A DNA stretch of 36,113 bases from Clostridia bacterium (GCA_017628075.1 JAGBZV010000232.1:1-36113); one strand, 5' to 3'; numbered from the stretch's first letter, positions 26,215 to 36,065 are shown. Numbers and translations are program-made. The notes: generated by a model not told the origin, from the letters alone.

Positions 26215-27897
26215 ATGGATTACCAAGCACTCGCAGAGCTTCTTTTTCCAAACGTCACCGCAACGGTCGAGGAAATCGAGGCACGCTACCCCGCACGTAA
26301 CCTGCCCGAAGGCGCAAAGGTTACGCGGTTTGCGCCAAGCCCCACAGGATTCGTCCACTTCGGCGGTATGTATCAGGCCGTGGTCGACGAAAGACTCGCA
26401 CACCAATCCGGAGGTGTATTCTTTTTGCGTATCGAGGACACCGACGGTCAGCGTGAGATCAAGGGCGCAGTCGAAGCACTGCTGCGCACCCTCTCCGACT
26501 ACGGTGTAGCATACGACGAGGGCCCCCGCATCGACGAAAACGGAAACCTCCACGAGGTCGGCGCATACGGACCGTACAAGCAGTCCCAGCGTGCAGAGCT
26601 GTATCACGTTTTCGCAAAGAAGCTCGTTGCCGAGGGTAAGGCATACCCGTGCTTCACAACGGCAGAGGAGCTTGAGGAGATCCAGGAAACCGATAAAAAG
26701 GCGGAGATCAAAAACACCGACTGGCACGTTGCAGCAGAGCAGAAGCGCGCCGCAATGCTGGCAGGAAGAGTCTTCACCATGGAGGAGGTCCGCGCACACC
26801 TTGCGGCAGGCGACCCCTTTGTGATCCGGATCCTTGCAAACGGCGATCCCGACAAGAAGACGAAATTCACAGATCAGGTCAAGGGCAGCCTTGAGGTACC
26901 GGAAAACGACGAGGACTTCGTTCTGCTCAAATCCGACGGCATCCCCACCTATCACTTTGCGCACGCAGTTGACGACCACCTCATGAAGACCACGCACGTC
27001 ATTCGCGGCGAGGACTGGCTTCCCTCCCTGCCCAAGCACATCATGCTGTTCAACTACCTCGGCTTTAAGATGCCCAAATATCTGCATACCGCACAGATTC
27101 TGAAAACCGATGAAAACGGCGGCAAAAAGAAGCTCTCCAAGCGTGATATGGGTGCCAAGATGGACGACTACCGCGAGATGGGTTACGTCACAGAGGCGGT
27201 TTGGGAATACCTGCTCACCCTGCTGAATTCCAACTTTGAGGAATGGCACGCGCAGAATCCGGACAAGTCCTGCCTTGACTTCCCGTTCAATATCAAGAAG
27301 ATGGCAACGTCTGGCTGCCTCTTCGATTTCACAAAGCTCAACGACGTTTCCAAGAACGTCCTCTCCAAAATGACCGCCGACGAGATCTACACAAAGTTCC
27401 TTGATTGGGCACAGCAGTTTGATCCTGCGTTTGCCGCGTGCCTTGCAGCGGATCCCGACAAGGCAAAGGCAATCTTCGCCATCGGACGCGGCGGAAAAAA
27501 GCCGAGAAAGGATTTGACCACCTGGAAGGACGTCAAGCCGTACATGAGCTTCTTCTACACCCCGTATTTCAGCGTTGACCGCACGCCCCTTGCACGCTTT
27601 CCCGAGGAGGACGTTACTGCCGTCTGCACGCGCTTCCTTGAATCGTGGGATCCGGCAGACGAGATGGGCGCTTGGTTTGATAAGATCAAGGGAATCGCCG
27701 ATGCACTCGGATACGCCTCCGATATGAAGGCGTATAAGGCAGACCCTACGGCATTCAAGGGCAGCGTTGCCGACGTTTCGATGTTTCTGCGCGTCGCTGT
27801 AACCGGACGGGAAAACGCCCCCGACCTCTATACCGTCATGCAGATTCTCGGAGACAATGAAACACGTGCACGTATCCAGGCACTTATGAACGTATAA
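26215..27897 (+). CDS. gltX: Glutamate-tRNA ligase
   Basis: TRFAPSPTGFVHFG, LRIEDTD, GPYKQSQR, PTYHFAHAVDDH, VIRGEDW and KLSKR; start ATG 26215 after GAAAGGA. Confidence 0.96.
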   Translation: MDYQALAELLFPNVTATVEEIEARYPARNLPEGAKVTRFAPSPTGFVHFGGMYQAVVDERLAHQSGGVFFLRIEDTDGQREIKGAVEALLRTLSDYGVAYDEGPRIDENGNLHEVGAYGPYKQSQRAELYHVFAKKLVAEGKAYPCFTTAEELEEIQETDKKAEIKNTDWHVAAEQKRAAMLAGRVFTMEEVRAHLAAGDPFVIRILANGDPDKKTKFTDQVKGSLEVPENDEDFVLLKSDGIPTYHFAHAVDDHLMKTTHVIRGEDWLPSLPKHIMLFNYLGFKMPKYLHTAQILKTDENGGKKKLSKRDMGAKMDDYREMGYVTEAVWEYLLTLLNSNFEEWHAQNPDKSCLDFPFNIKKMATSGCLFDFTKLNDVSKNVLSKMTADEIYTKFLDWAQQFDPAFAACLAADPDKAKAIFAIGRGGKKPRKDLTTWKDVKPYMSFFYTPYFSVDRTPLARFPEEDVTAVCTRFLESWDPADEMGAWFDKIKGIADALGYASDMKAYKADPTAFKGSVADVSMFLRVAVTGRENAPDLYTVMQILGDNETRARIQALMNV

Positions 27898-27909
27898 AAG
27901 GAGACCGAC

Positions 27910-29571
27910 ATGGAAGAGATCAAAGAAATAAAAGCCTCAAATTTTATCTGGGACGCAATTGAAGAGGATCTGGCTGTGGGCCGCTATCCCTCCGTTCATA
28001 CACGCTTCCCGCCGGAGCCAAACGGCTACCTGCACATTGGCCACTGCAAGGCGCTCGTCATTGACTTCGGTACCGCAAAGCGCTTTGGCGGCATCTGCAA
28101 CCTCCGTATGGATGATACCAACCCCGCAAAGGAAGACACCGAATACGTCGACGCCATCAAGGAAGACATCCATTGGCTCGGCTTTGACTGGGACGACCGC
28201 TTCTTCTATGGCTCCGATTACTTTGAGGCCGATTACGAATATGCGGTTGAGCTGATCAAAAAAGGACTTGCATACGTCTGTGAGCTGACAGCAGAGCAGT
28301 TCCGCGATCCCAAGTATTGCGGTGACGTCAACACCCCCGCCGTTTCTCCGTGGAGAGATCGTCCCATCGAGGAATCTCTGGATCTGTTCGCCCGCATGAG
28401 AGCCGGCGAATTCCCGGAGGGTAAATATACCCTGCGTGCAAGGATCGATCTTGCATCCGGCAATTTCTGCATGAGAGACCCCGTTCTGTACCGTATCCGC
28501 TACATCGAGCACCACAGACAGGGTACGAAATGGTGTATCTATCCCATGTACGACTTTGCACACCCCATCCAGGATGCCATTGAGGGCATTTCTCACTCCC
28601 TGTGCTCTCTGGAATATGAAATTCACAGACCGCTTTACGATTGGGTTATTGAAAACTGCTCCGTACCGTCGAAGCCCCGTCAGATCGAATTCGCCCGCCT
28701 GAATATGACGAACACCGTTATGTCCAAGCGCTTTTTGCGCCATCTCGTGGAATCCGGCCTGGTCGACGGATGGGACGATCCCCGTATGCCCACGCTGTGC
28801 GGTCTTCGCCGCCGCGGCTATACCCCCGGATCCATTCTCGATTTCTGCTCCCGCATCGGCGTATCCAAGGCAAACTCCCTTGTGGAGATCGGCCTTTTAG
28901 AGGCGTGCGTACGTGATGAGCTCAACGAAACGGCACCCCGCCGCATCGCAGTCCAAAATCCCATCAAGATTATCGTTGACAACTATCCGGAGGATAAGGT
29001 CGAGTACTTTGCAGTACCCAACCATCCTCAGCATCCGGAAATGGGCACAAGAGACGTTCCCTTCAGCCGCGAGCTGTATATCGACGCATCCGACTTCGCG
29101 CTCGTGCCTCCCCCCAAGTTCCACCGTCTTAAGCCCGATTCTGAGGTGCGTCTGATGGGCGCATATATCATGAAATGCGGTGAGATCGTTCTCAACGACG
29201 ACGGCACGATCAAGGAGATCCACACGACCGTTGACCTTGAAACCGGAAACGGAAATCCCGCTGACGGCAGAAAGATCAAGGGTACGATCCACTGGCTCTC
29301 TGCAAACCACGCAGAGGAAGCAACCGTTATCCTCTACAACCGCCTCTTTACCGAGGAAAACATGAACGAGATCGACTCCGCAGACTACGATCAGTATCTC
29401 AATCCCTCCTCTGCCGTCCGCGTTGAACACGTCAAGATCGAACGCGCGCTGGCAAACGCTGCTCCCGGCGAGCAATTCCAGTTCGTCCGCGACGGATACT
29501 ACTGCAAGGACACCAAGTTTGACAACACCTTCAACCGCGTTGTTACCCTCAAGGATTCCTTTAAGGCCTGA
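27910..29571 (+). CDS. glnS: Glutamine-tRNA ligase
   Basis: TRFPPEPNGYLHIGH, WCIYPMYDFAH, VMSKR, GWDDPRMPT and FNRVVTLKDS. Confidence 0.98.
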   Translation: MEEIKEIKASNFIWDAIEEDLAVGRYPSVHTRFPPEPNGYLHIGHCKALVIDFGTAKRFGGICNLRMDDTNPAKEDTEYVDAIKEDIHWLGFDWDDRFFYGSDYFEADYEYAVELIKKGLAYVCELTAEQFRDPKYCGDVNTPAVSPWRDRPIEESLDLFARMRAGEFPEGKYTLRARIDLASGNFCMRDPVLYRIRYIEHHRQGTKWCIYPMYDFAHPIQDAIEGISHSLCSLEYEIHRPLYDWVIENCSVPSKPRQIEFARLNMTNTVMSKRFLRHLVESGLVDGWDDPRMPTLCGLRRRGYTPGSILDFCSRIGVSKANSLVEIGLLEACVRDELNETAPRRIAVQNPIKIIVDNYPEDKVEYFAVPNHPQHPEMGTRDVPFSRELYIDASDFALVPPPKFHRLKPDSEVRLMGAYIMKCGEIVLNDDGTIKEIHTTVDLETGNGNPADGRKIKGTIHWLSANHAEEATVILYNRLFTEENMNEIDSADYDQYLNPSSAVRVEHVKIERALANAAPGEQFQFVRDGYYCKDTKFDNTFNRVVTLKDSFKA

Positions 29572-29587
29572 TGCGGCATACGCCCCG

Positions 29588-29670
29588 TGCGGGATGCAGT
29601 CCCGCAAAAACGCCATACAAACGATTACGGACCGGAGATGCAGAAGCATCTCCGGTCCGCTTTGCTTTTC
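29588..29670. terminator. Two hairpins between convergent genes
   Basis: TGCGGGA/TCCCGCA at 29588-29606 and a perfect 14 bp stem at 29628-29659 followed by CTTTGCTTTT. Confidence 0.75.
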
Positions 29671-29671
29671 T

Positions 29672-30088
29672 TCATTTGTGATCGTGCGCGTCAAACTTGC
29701 CGTGCAGATCGTAGTACCAGGCGCCGTCTGTCATGCGGAAGCCGAGCCACTTGATCAGATGCTCACACGCAGAAGCACCGCCCTCAAAATACGCCTCGTG
29801 CGTGCCCGTCAGATCCATAAAATTGAGCGTCTGCCGTCCCATAATGAACAGCGCCTCCTCGTCGTCAACGCCGGGTGCGCAAACGAGATCCAGGATCCGT
29901 CCGATCACGCGCTCGCCAACCGCCTCTCCGACCGTAAACTGAGAAATGCCGACAAACGTATCCTCGTCGTCGGGGCCCTCGCCCAGATGCGCCTGATAAC
30001 ACAGCGCACCGGCGCGGAACGGAACGCCGCACTGTGCACACAGTGCACGCTGAAGCGCCTCGTCCTGAATCGGCTTAATAATCAGCAT
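29672..30088 (-). CDS. Hypothetical protein, possibly a GNAT-like fold
   Basis: RBS GGAGG overlapping the rluB stop; beta/alpha pattern ending in LGF; fold is inferred. Confidence 0.75.
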   Translation of the reverse strand: MLIIKPIQDEALQRALCAQCGVPFRAGALCYQAHLGEGPDDEDTFVGISQFTVGEAVGERVIGRILDLVCAPGVDDEEALFIMGRQTLNFMDLTGTHEAYFEGGASACEHLIKWLGFRMTDGAWYYDLHGKFDAHDHK

Positions 30089-30100
30089 ATCCGCCCCTCC

Positions 30101-30985
30101 TTACTGCTTCGGCTTTCTCGCGCCCTTGGGTGCGTGAGAGAAGTGCTCAGTAAAGCGCACACCTGCACGACCGGCACGGTGAGAGGGAGAATGTGACTTG
30201 CGCTTGATATCGGCAATCGCATCTGCACGCTCGTCACGCGCCGCGTGCTTGAACCGATCAGCGCCCTCCGGCATCAGATGCGAAAGCTCCTGCGGCGTCA
30301 GGTAGCGCCACTTTCCGAGGCGCAGATTTCCAAGCGGAATCTCTCCGATGGCAATGCGCTTCAGTCGGATGATCTTCAGACCGACCTGCTCGCACATCTT
30401 TCTGATCTGACGGTTTCTGCCCTCATAGAGCTCCATCTGCAGCGTTGCGTGCGTGTCATCCTTTTCCAGAACCGTCACGGCCACGGGACGGATGGGCGTG
30501 CCGTCGATCTCAAGGGGAGATCCCAGCTGCGCAAGCTGTGCATCGGTCGGAATTCCTTCGATACGGACGTTATAGTATTTGGGCACCTCGTGACTGGGGT
30601 GCATCATGTAGTTTGCAAAATCGCCGTCATTTGTAAGAATAAGCATACCCTCGGAAACCTTATCCAGCCGGCCGACGGGATACACGCGACAGCCAACGTC
30701 AGCGACAAGCTGCCTGACGCACTTGCGTCCAAGGTCATCGTCCATCGTCGTAACGTAGCCGCGCGGCTTATTCAGCACGATATAGGTCTTCTTCTCGGTG
30801 TTGTCCGGCAGGTAGATACGGCGTCCGCCATAGCGGACCTCATCCTTTTGGGGATCGATCTTCTGACCGAGCACGGCAGGCTCGCCGTTAACTGTAATCT
30901 CACCGTTTTCAATGGCACGCTCTGCTGCACGGCGCGATATCACACCGGCGTCTGACATATATTTTTGAAGTCTGATTGTTTCCAT
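30101..30985 (-). CDS. rluB: 23S rRNA pseudouridine synthase (RluB/RsuA family)
   Basis: S4 domain RLQKY..SRR, LNKPRGYVTT, catalytic VGRLD and EGRNRQIRKM; start trimmed to ATG 30985. Confidence 0.92.
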   Translation of the reverse strand: METIRLQKYMSDAGVISRRAAERAIENGEITVNGEPAVLGQKIDPQKDEVRYGGRRIYLPDNTEKKTYIVLNKPRGYVTTMDDDLGRKCVRQLVADVGCRVYPVGRLDKVSEGMLILTNDGDFANYMMHPSHEVPKYYNVRIEGIPTDAQLAQLGSPLEIDGTPIRPVAVTVLEKDDTHATLQMELYEGRNRQIRKMCEQVGLKIIRLKRIAIGEIPLGNLRLGKWRYLTPQELSHLMPEGADRFKHAARDERADAIADIKRKSHSPSHRAGRAGVRFTEHFSHAPKGARKPKQ

Positions 30986-31004
30986 GTCCTTTGTTATCCT
31001 TGCT

Positions 31005-32297
31005 TTATTTGATCTTGAATAGCGATTTGATCCTCTGCCAAAGCCCCGGCTTCTGATATGCCGGTACGTTCTCACACGCATACAGCGGTACCTCTGCGTA
31101 TACCGTACCCGTGTCTGCATCCGTATACACCACGCATCCGACCACGTCCCCGGCCGATACCGGCGCATACAGGAACCGCGGACAGCGAAGCTCGCGCCGG
31201 ATCTCACCGTGACTGCGCAAAAGAATGACTGCATGAGCGTCCGTGTTTTTCACCGCCGTGCTCACGACGCTTCCGCTTTGTACCGCACCTCCGCCCGCAA
31301 GAGCGGCTCCTACCACGGGCAGAACGGCATACTGCTCTCCCGCCTCCGTCAGCACCACACGCTCTACCTGGGAAAATCCCCATTCGTAGAGCGCCGTGTG
31401 GTCGTTCCAATCGTCCGGTGCGTCAAGCGTCACGCAATACAGCGTAATTCCATCCCGCGTACACGCAGACACAAGGCAGCGCCCCGCATCCTTGGTATAT
31501 CCGGTTTTTATACCGATGCACCCCTCAAGGTTCTTGAGCAGCTTATTGTGGTTGATCAGCAGACGCACACCCTCACTGCCGCACAGAGGGATCTCCTTTT
31601 TATAGCAGGAAACCGACGCTCTGAACGCCGGGTATTCCATTGCGGCACGTGCAATGACGGACAGCTCCCGCGCCGTCGTATAATGCTCTCGGTGAGAAAG
31701 CCCGTGCGGATTCATAAAATGCGTATCGGTTAAGCCAAGTGACGCGGCACACGCGTTCATTTTCGAGGCAAACGCATCAAGCGATCCCGCGTGCGCAATC
31801 GCCAATGCCGCCGCGGCATCGTTTGCACTCTCCATAAGGACCGCATCGAGAAGTTGTCCGGCAGTAAGTGACTCTCCCTCGTACAGATATATAGAGGAGC
31901 CCTCCACGCCGACCGCCTCCGGGGGAATTGTAACAGACGCGTCAAGATCCATGCCTGCAGAGAGCACCGTCAGCGCCGTCATGATCTTGGTTGTGCTTGC
32001 CATCGGCATCCGCGTATCCGCGTTGAACGCCCAGAGCACACTGCCCTCCTCATCCACAAGGATGGCAGACGATGCAGATATCGTGCCCGGAAACTCCTGT
32101 GAAACGGTCCCCACGGAAATCACCGGAAGCTCCTCATCAGGAGCAATCGTATCCGGTGCCGAGGCATATACTGCCGTCAAAAGCGAACAAAGCAGTACCG
32201 ATACCAGCAAGCACCGTATCGTGCAGAAGCGAGCTGCACCGCCCGTATGAGAACAGCGGGATCTGTGCAAGCGTCCGAATAAACGTGTATTTTTCAA
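31005..32297 (-). CDS. dacB: D-alanyl-D-alanine carboxypeptidase (S11, DacB/PBP5*-like)
   Basis: STTK, SAN and KTG motifs; scpAB...dacB...rluB synteny. Start set at TTG 32297 (AAGGAAGG upstream) because the ORF-track ATG overlaps the promoter -10. Confidence 0.85.
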   Translation of the reverse strand: MKNTRLFGRLHRSRCSHTGGAARFCTIRCLLVSVLLCSLLTAVYASAPDTIAPDEELPVISVGTVSQEFPGTISASSAILVDEEGSVLWAFNADTRMPMASTTKIMTALTVLSAGMDLDASVTIPPEAVGVEGSSIYLYEGESLTAGQLLDAVLMESANDAAAALAIAHAGSLDAFASKMNACAASLGLTDTHFMNPHGLSHREHYTTARELSVIARAAMEYPAFRASVSCYKKEIPLCGSEGVRLLINHNKLLKNLEGCIGIKTGYTKDAGRCLVSACTRDGITLYCVTLDAPDDWNDHTALYEWGFSQVERVVLTEAGEQYAVLPVVGAALAGGGAVQSGSVVSTAVKNTDAHAVILLRSHGEIRRELRCPRFLYAPVSAGDVVGCVVYTDADTGTVYAEVPLYACENVPAYQKPGLWQRIKSLFKIK

Positions 32298-32364
32298 AAC
32301 GGAGGCCTTCCTTTTCAGCAAATTCGGCAGGAGCACCGCAATCGGTAAGCTCCCCTTTGACGCC

Positions 32365-32393
32365 ATTCTATGCTGCGTTGGTGTCCGTTATGT
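32365..32393 (-). promoter_or_regulatory. sigmaE promoter of dacB
   Basis: ACATAAC, 14 bp spacer, CATAGAAT (32372-32365); dacB is sigmaE-controlled in B. subtilis. Confidence 0.7.
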
Positions 32394-32402
32394 GTATCAG
32401 CG

Positions 32403-32891
32403 TTACTGTGCGGCGTCCTCGCCGTCCTGCTGTTCGTCCGCAGACGCTTCAGCCGTATCAAAGGCTTCGTTCTTTTCGTTTTCGGGGTCTGCCTTTTTCT
32501 TTTTGGGGATCATAGCCTTGATCTTTTCGATGATCTCGGGTGCACGCTCCACGAGGGAGGAAATATTGTAGCCCAGATCCGCCGGCTTGGAGGTCGGGTT
32601 GGATACGTTCATCATCTCAACGGAGCCGTCCGAATGTACGACGATAAATGCAACCGGAACAACGGTCACACCGGATCCGCCGCCGCCGCCAAAGTTATTG
32701 TTTCCCGCAGTTTTTTTGCTTTCGTAGTCAACACCGCCCGAAGCAATGCCCATAGAGATCTTTGACACGGGAATGATGGTCGTACCGGAATTCGTTTCGA
32801 TCGGCGTACCGATAATCGTATTGGCATCCACGACCGTACGGATGTCCTCCAGTGCATTTGCAATGATACCGGAAACCTTAGTTTCTGCCAT
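32403..32891 (-). CDS. ytfJ: Sporulation protein YtfJ/GerW
   Basis: VDANTIIGTPI, IIPVSKISMGIASGG and FGGGGGSGVTVVPVAF. Confidence 0.93.
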   Translation of the reverse strand: MAETKVSGIIANALEDIRTVVDANTIIGTPIETNSGTTIIPVSKISMGIASGGVDYESKKTAGNNNFGGGGGSGVTVVPVAFIVVHSDGSVEMMNVSNPTSKPADLGYNISSLVERAPEIIEKIKAMIPKKKKADPENEKNEAFDTAEASADEQQDGEDAAQ

Positions 32892-32993
32892 AGTGAAGTC
32901 CTCGCTTTCTGAATTTTGGAATTGCAGATACGCATCCCTGTGGGATGCCGTGCTTGCTGTAATAGGAAATGGGCGCCTCTGTACCGCTCGGAT

Positions 32994-33794
32994 TCAGCGC
33001 TTCAATTCGCGGATCATCTCGGCGCGCGCCTGTGCTTCCTTTTGCTGACGCGCCAGCTTTTCCTCCGCGGATTCCTTACGCCGCGCCTCCGTCTGTACGG
33101 AGAGTGCCGCAGCGCCGCCGGAAATCAGAAGTGCGGCAATCTGCCACAGCGCAATGGAGAACGTAATTTTCCCTCGTACAGAGGGCTTCTCCGCGCAAAA
33201 GTCGGCGTATATGGAGATCCGGTTTTTCCGTACACGCCGGAACATCCGGGTATGGGAGAGCAGATTCCAGAGATTCTCCATCGCAGCCCATGCCCATCCG
33301 TACAGAATTGCCGTGCTTGCGGGCTCCTTTGAGCCTGCAGTAATATCAAGATAGGAAATATTTACGCGGAGATACTTGCCGAATCTGTCGAGCAGCACCC
33401 CCGTCAGCACGAGCACGAGCTTGATAATATGCTTTACGCCGCGCTTCCTTGGCGTATAACCGCTGTGTGCGGTGCGTTTTTCCGCACGCTGCTGTGCACG
33501 CTGCTTTTTCTGCTTACGGCGCTCCGCCTTCTTTTCCTTTGCCTTGGCTGCCGCCTCTGCCTTTTTCCTCTTTTTTTCGTAGAGGCGCTCCAGCGCATCG
33601 CGCCGGAATCGCTTTAGATTGGGAAGGCGCTTTTTACGCGGCAAGATGCCGATTCGAAAGAACAGTACCCAAATTGCAAGACGGAAATCAACGTGCCGCG
33701 CGGAGTCAAAGGTACAGACGATGCGGAGGGGAACGACGAACAGAAGCACGAAAAACAAAAGAATCCCGAGCAAGATCATCGCCGCCAGGCTCAT
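32994..33794 (-). CDS. YtfI/DUF2953-like membrane-anchored basic protein
   Basis: N-terminal TM ending VPLRI, EPASTAILYG and ADF motifs; directly upstream of ytfJ. Confidence 0.75.
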   Translation of the reverse strand: MSLAAMILLGILLFFVLLFVVPLRIVCTFDSARHVDFRLAIWVLFFRIGILPRKKRLPNLKRFRRDALERLYEKKRKKAEAAAKAKEKKAERRKQKKQRAQQRAEKRTAHSGYTPRKRGVKHIIKLVLVLTGVLLDRFGKYLRVNISYLDITAGSKEPASTAILYGWAWAAMENLWNLLSHTRMFRRVRKNRISIYADFCAEKPSVRGKITFSIALWQIAALLISGGAAALSVQTEARRKESAEEKLARQQKEAQARAEMIRELKR

Positions 33795-33821
33795 TACGTA
33801 CTCCCCCCAAAAACCGTTTGA

Positions 33822-34454
33822 TTAAGTATCTGATGCGTGCAGACTTGCAATCGCATCCGGATTGGCGCTGCCGTCACTCGTTTCGCCGCGTGCAAGGAAT
33901 TGCTCCGCAGGCGGAAGCTGTGAAAGACTTTCAAGACCGAACACCCGCAAAAAGGCGTCCGTCGTTCCGAACAGCATTGGTCTTCCCGGAACGTCGAGCC
34001 GTCCGCAAGCGGCGATCAGGCCCTTTTCGACCAACGAGGATACCACGTATCCGGTATCCACGCCGCGCACCTCGTCAATGTATGCGCGCGTTACAGGTTG
34101 ATTGTAGGCGATGATGGCCAGCGTTTCCAGCGACGCACGTGACAAATGGCTGCCGCGCTTGACGCCAAGCGCGCTCCTGATATACGGCAGATAGCGCTCT
34201 CTTGTGACGAGCTGACAGCCGGCCTCGACACGAATGAGCTGAATGCCGCGCCCCTCATAACGGGAGGAAAGCTCCTCTGCACACGCAAACGCCTCCTCCT
34301 CGGTCACGCCCAGCGCCTCTGCAATCGTTTCGTAGGATAAAACGTGACCTGCGGCAAACAAAATTGCCTCAAAGGCCTCAAGCATGGACGCAGCATCGAG
34401 CGCCTCGGGGGCCTCCTCTGCCAAAAGCTCAGAACGGATCTCTGTATCAGTCAT
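33822..34454 (-). CDS. scpB: SMC-Scp complex subunit ScpB
   Basis: EAILFAAG, LSRASLETLAIIAYNQPVTR and GRLDVPGRP..TTDAFL; start ATG 34454 after AAGGAG. Confidence 0.96.
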   Translation of the reverse strand: MTDTEIRSELLAEEAPEALDAASMLEAFEAILFAAGHVLSYETIAEALGVTEEEAFACAEELSSRYEGRGIQLIRVEAGCQLVTRERYLPYIRSALGVKRGSHLSRASLETLAIIAYNQPVTRAYIDEVRGVDTGYVVSSLVEKGLIAACGRLDVPGRPMLFGTTDAFLRVFGLESLSQLPPAEQFLARGETSDGSANPDAIASLHASDT

Positions 34455-34482
34455 CGGATCAAACTCCTTTTTGTTTGTAATG

Positions 34483-35310
34483 TCACGGCTTCTCCTCGCC
34501 CGGTACGTCGTCGTACAGACCTGCGTAATCCTCGGGAACCGCATTCTCCGGATTCAGCGTGCAGAAAAACTCACAGCCGTACTCATCCAGCTCCTCCGGG
34601 TATTCCCCATCCTGCTTCTGTGCGGAAAACCGCTTTTCAAGCAGAACGTATCCGTCCTTGACGAGCGAAAGCACGGCGATAAACAGTGCAACGATCTCGC
34701 TTTTTGAGGAAACGCTGTCAAACAACGACAGAAACGGCTGTGTGCCGCCGCGTGCAAGACGGGACGTAACCTCGGTAATTTTATCGGATACAGGAACAAT
34801 GGTCTTTTTGATGATAGGATTGATGCCCGTCATGGGCGGCGGAGCCTCCGTATCCTTTTTGGAAAAGAGGCGCGCCAGCGCACGCTGAAGCAGCGCGATG
34901 TCGTGCGGTGCAATGTCGCCTGAATCGGCGGGCACCTCGTCCTCGTCCTTCGTCCAGCGGGCAGAATAGTAGGCATACTGCCCCTCCAGATAGGCGGCTG
35001 CCTCCTTGGCCTGTCTGTAAGCAAGAAGTGCAGCTGCAAGGCGAGCACGCGGATCCTCCTCCTCAATGCCCTCAGGCTTCGGAAGAAGCATCCGGCTCTT
35101 GATGAGCATGAGTTCACTCGCCATGACGATAAACTCCCCGGCGATCTCCATATCCGTGTGCTTCATGCGGTCAAGATGCGCCATGTACTGCTCAAAGATT
35201 ACGGTGATCTGAATGTCCGCAATCTCCATCTTGTTTTTTGCAATCAGCGTCAGAAGCAGATCAAGAGGTCCCTCAAAGGTATCAATTTTATAGGTCAGCG
35301 TATCACTCAT
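34483..35310 (-). CDS. scpA: Segregation and condensation protein A (kleisin)
   Basis: FEGPLDLLLTLI, EFIVMASELMLIKSRMLLP and FIAVLSL. Confidence 0.96.
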   Translation of the reverse strand: MSDTLTYKIDTFEGPLDLLLTLIAKNKMEIADIQITVIFEQYMAHLDRMKHTDMEIAGEFIVMASELMLIKSRMLLPKPEGIEEEDPRARLAAALLAYRQAKEAAAYLEGQYAYYSARWTKDEDEVPADSGDIAPHDIALLQRALARLFSKKDTEAPPPMTGINPIIKKTIVPVSDKITEVTSRLARGGTQPFLSLFDSVSSKSEIVALFIAVLSLVKDGYVLLEKRFSAQKQDGEYPEELDEYGCEFFCTLNPENAVPEDYAGLYDDVPGEEKP

Positions 35311-35348
35311 ACAGCCAAGTCCTTTTTATGAATTTACTCAGAAGTTGC

Positions 35349-36065
35349 TCAGAAAATCGGAATCAGTCCGACAAGCCATTCCATTCCCTCCATGACGGCA
35401 CGGACCACAAGCTGCAGGGGCTTATCCAGAAAGCCAAGCCACAGACCGACAAGAAGCACGATTCGGATGATATGCTCGTAGCGCATCACCTGGAAATACA
35501 GTCTTGGCGGAAGGAAGGTCAGAAAGATCCGGGAGCCGTCCAACGGGGGGACGGGCAGGAGATTGAATACGGCGAGCGAAACGTTGAGTGCGTAGAACAA
35601 ATAGAAAAACAAATGGGTATACGATACGAGATTGACAACGAACATGGAATCCGTATTGGCGTATACCGCACCGCCCACCTCAATGAGCACGCCCGTGCGC
35701 ACCATAATCAACCAGAACAAGTGATAAAACAGCAGTCCGACGAGGCCCATAACGAGATTTGACGCCGGACCTGCGGCGGCGGTGATCGCCATGCCGCGCC
35801 GCGGATCTTTGAAATTCCGCGGATTGATTGGTACGGGGCGCGCCCAGCCGAATCCAAACAGCAGCATCATCACCGTACCGAGCGGATCAAGATGCTTTAG
35901 CGGATTGAGCGTCAGACGGCCCATGCTGCGTGCGGTAGAATCTCCCATCCGATACGCAGCCAAGCCATGCGCAGCCTCGTGCAGAGAAAGCGCAAGCAAT
36001 ATGACCGGTATCCGAAGCAAAAGCATCGGAATGTCGGAAAACAGATTTTGAAAAACAGACAGCAT
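35349..36065 (-). CDS. Site-2 protease family (M50) membrane metalloprotease
   Basis: HEAAH, GRLTLNPLKHLDP, AAAGPASN and FNLLPVPPLDG. Confidence 0.95.
   Translation of the reverse strand: MLSVFQNLFSDIPMLLLRIPVILLALSLHEAAHGLAAYRMGDSTARSMGRLTLNPLKHLDPLGTVMMLLFGFGWARPVPINPRNFKDPRRGMAITAAAGPASNLVMGLVGLLFYHLFWLIMVRTGVLIEVGGAVYANTDSMFVVNLVSYTHLFFYLFYALNVSLAVFNLLPVPPLDGSRIFLTFLPPRLYFQVMRYEHIIRIVLLVGLWLGFLDKPLQLVVRAVMEGMEWLVGLIPIF

Noticed and set aside
32298-32366. N-terminal extensions given by the ORF track (dacB, rluB, tgt, gltX, scpB, spoIIIAB, spoIIIAC, ymfF)
   Set aside because: They overlap upstream genes or promoters; downstream starts fit family N-termini and mostly have clear RBSs.
264-36065. 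Full TAG-to-Gln reassignment (genetic code 15-like)
   Set aside because: Only one internal TAG occurs across 34 genes; a completed reassignment should fragment many ORFs under code 11.
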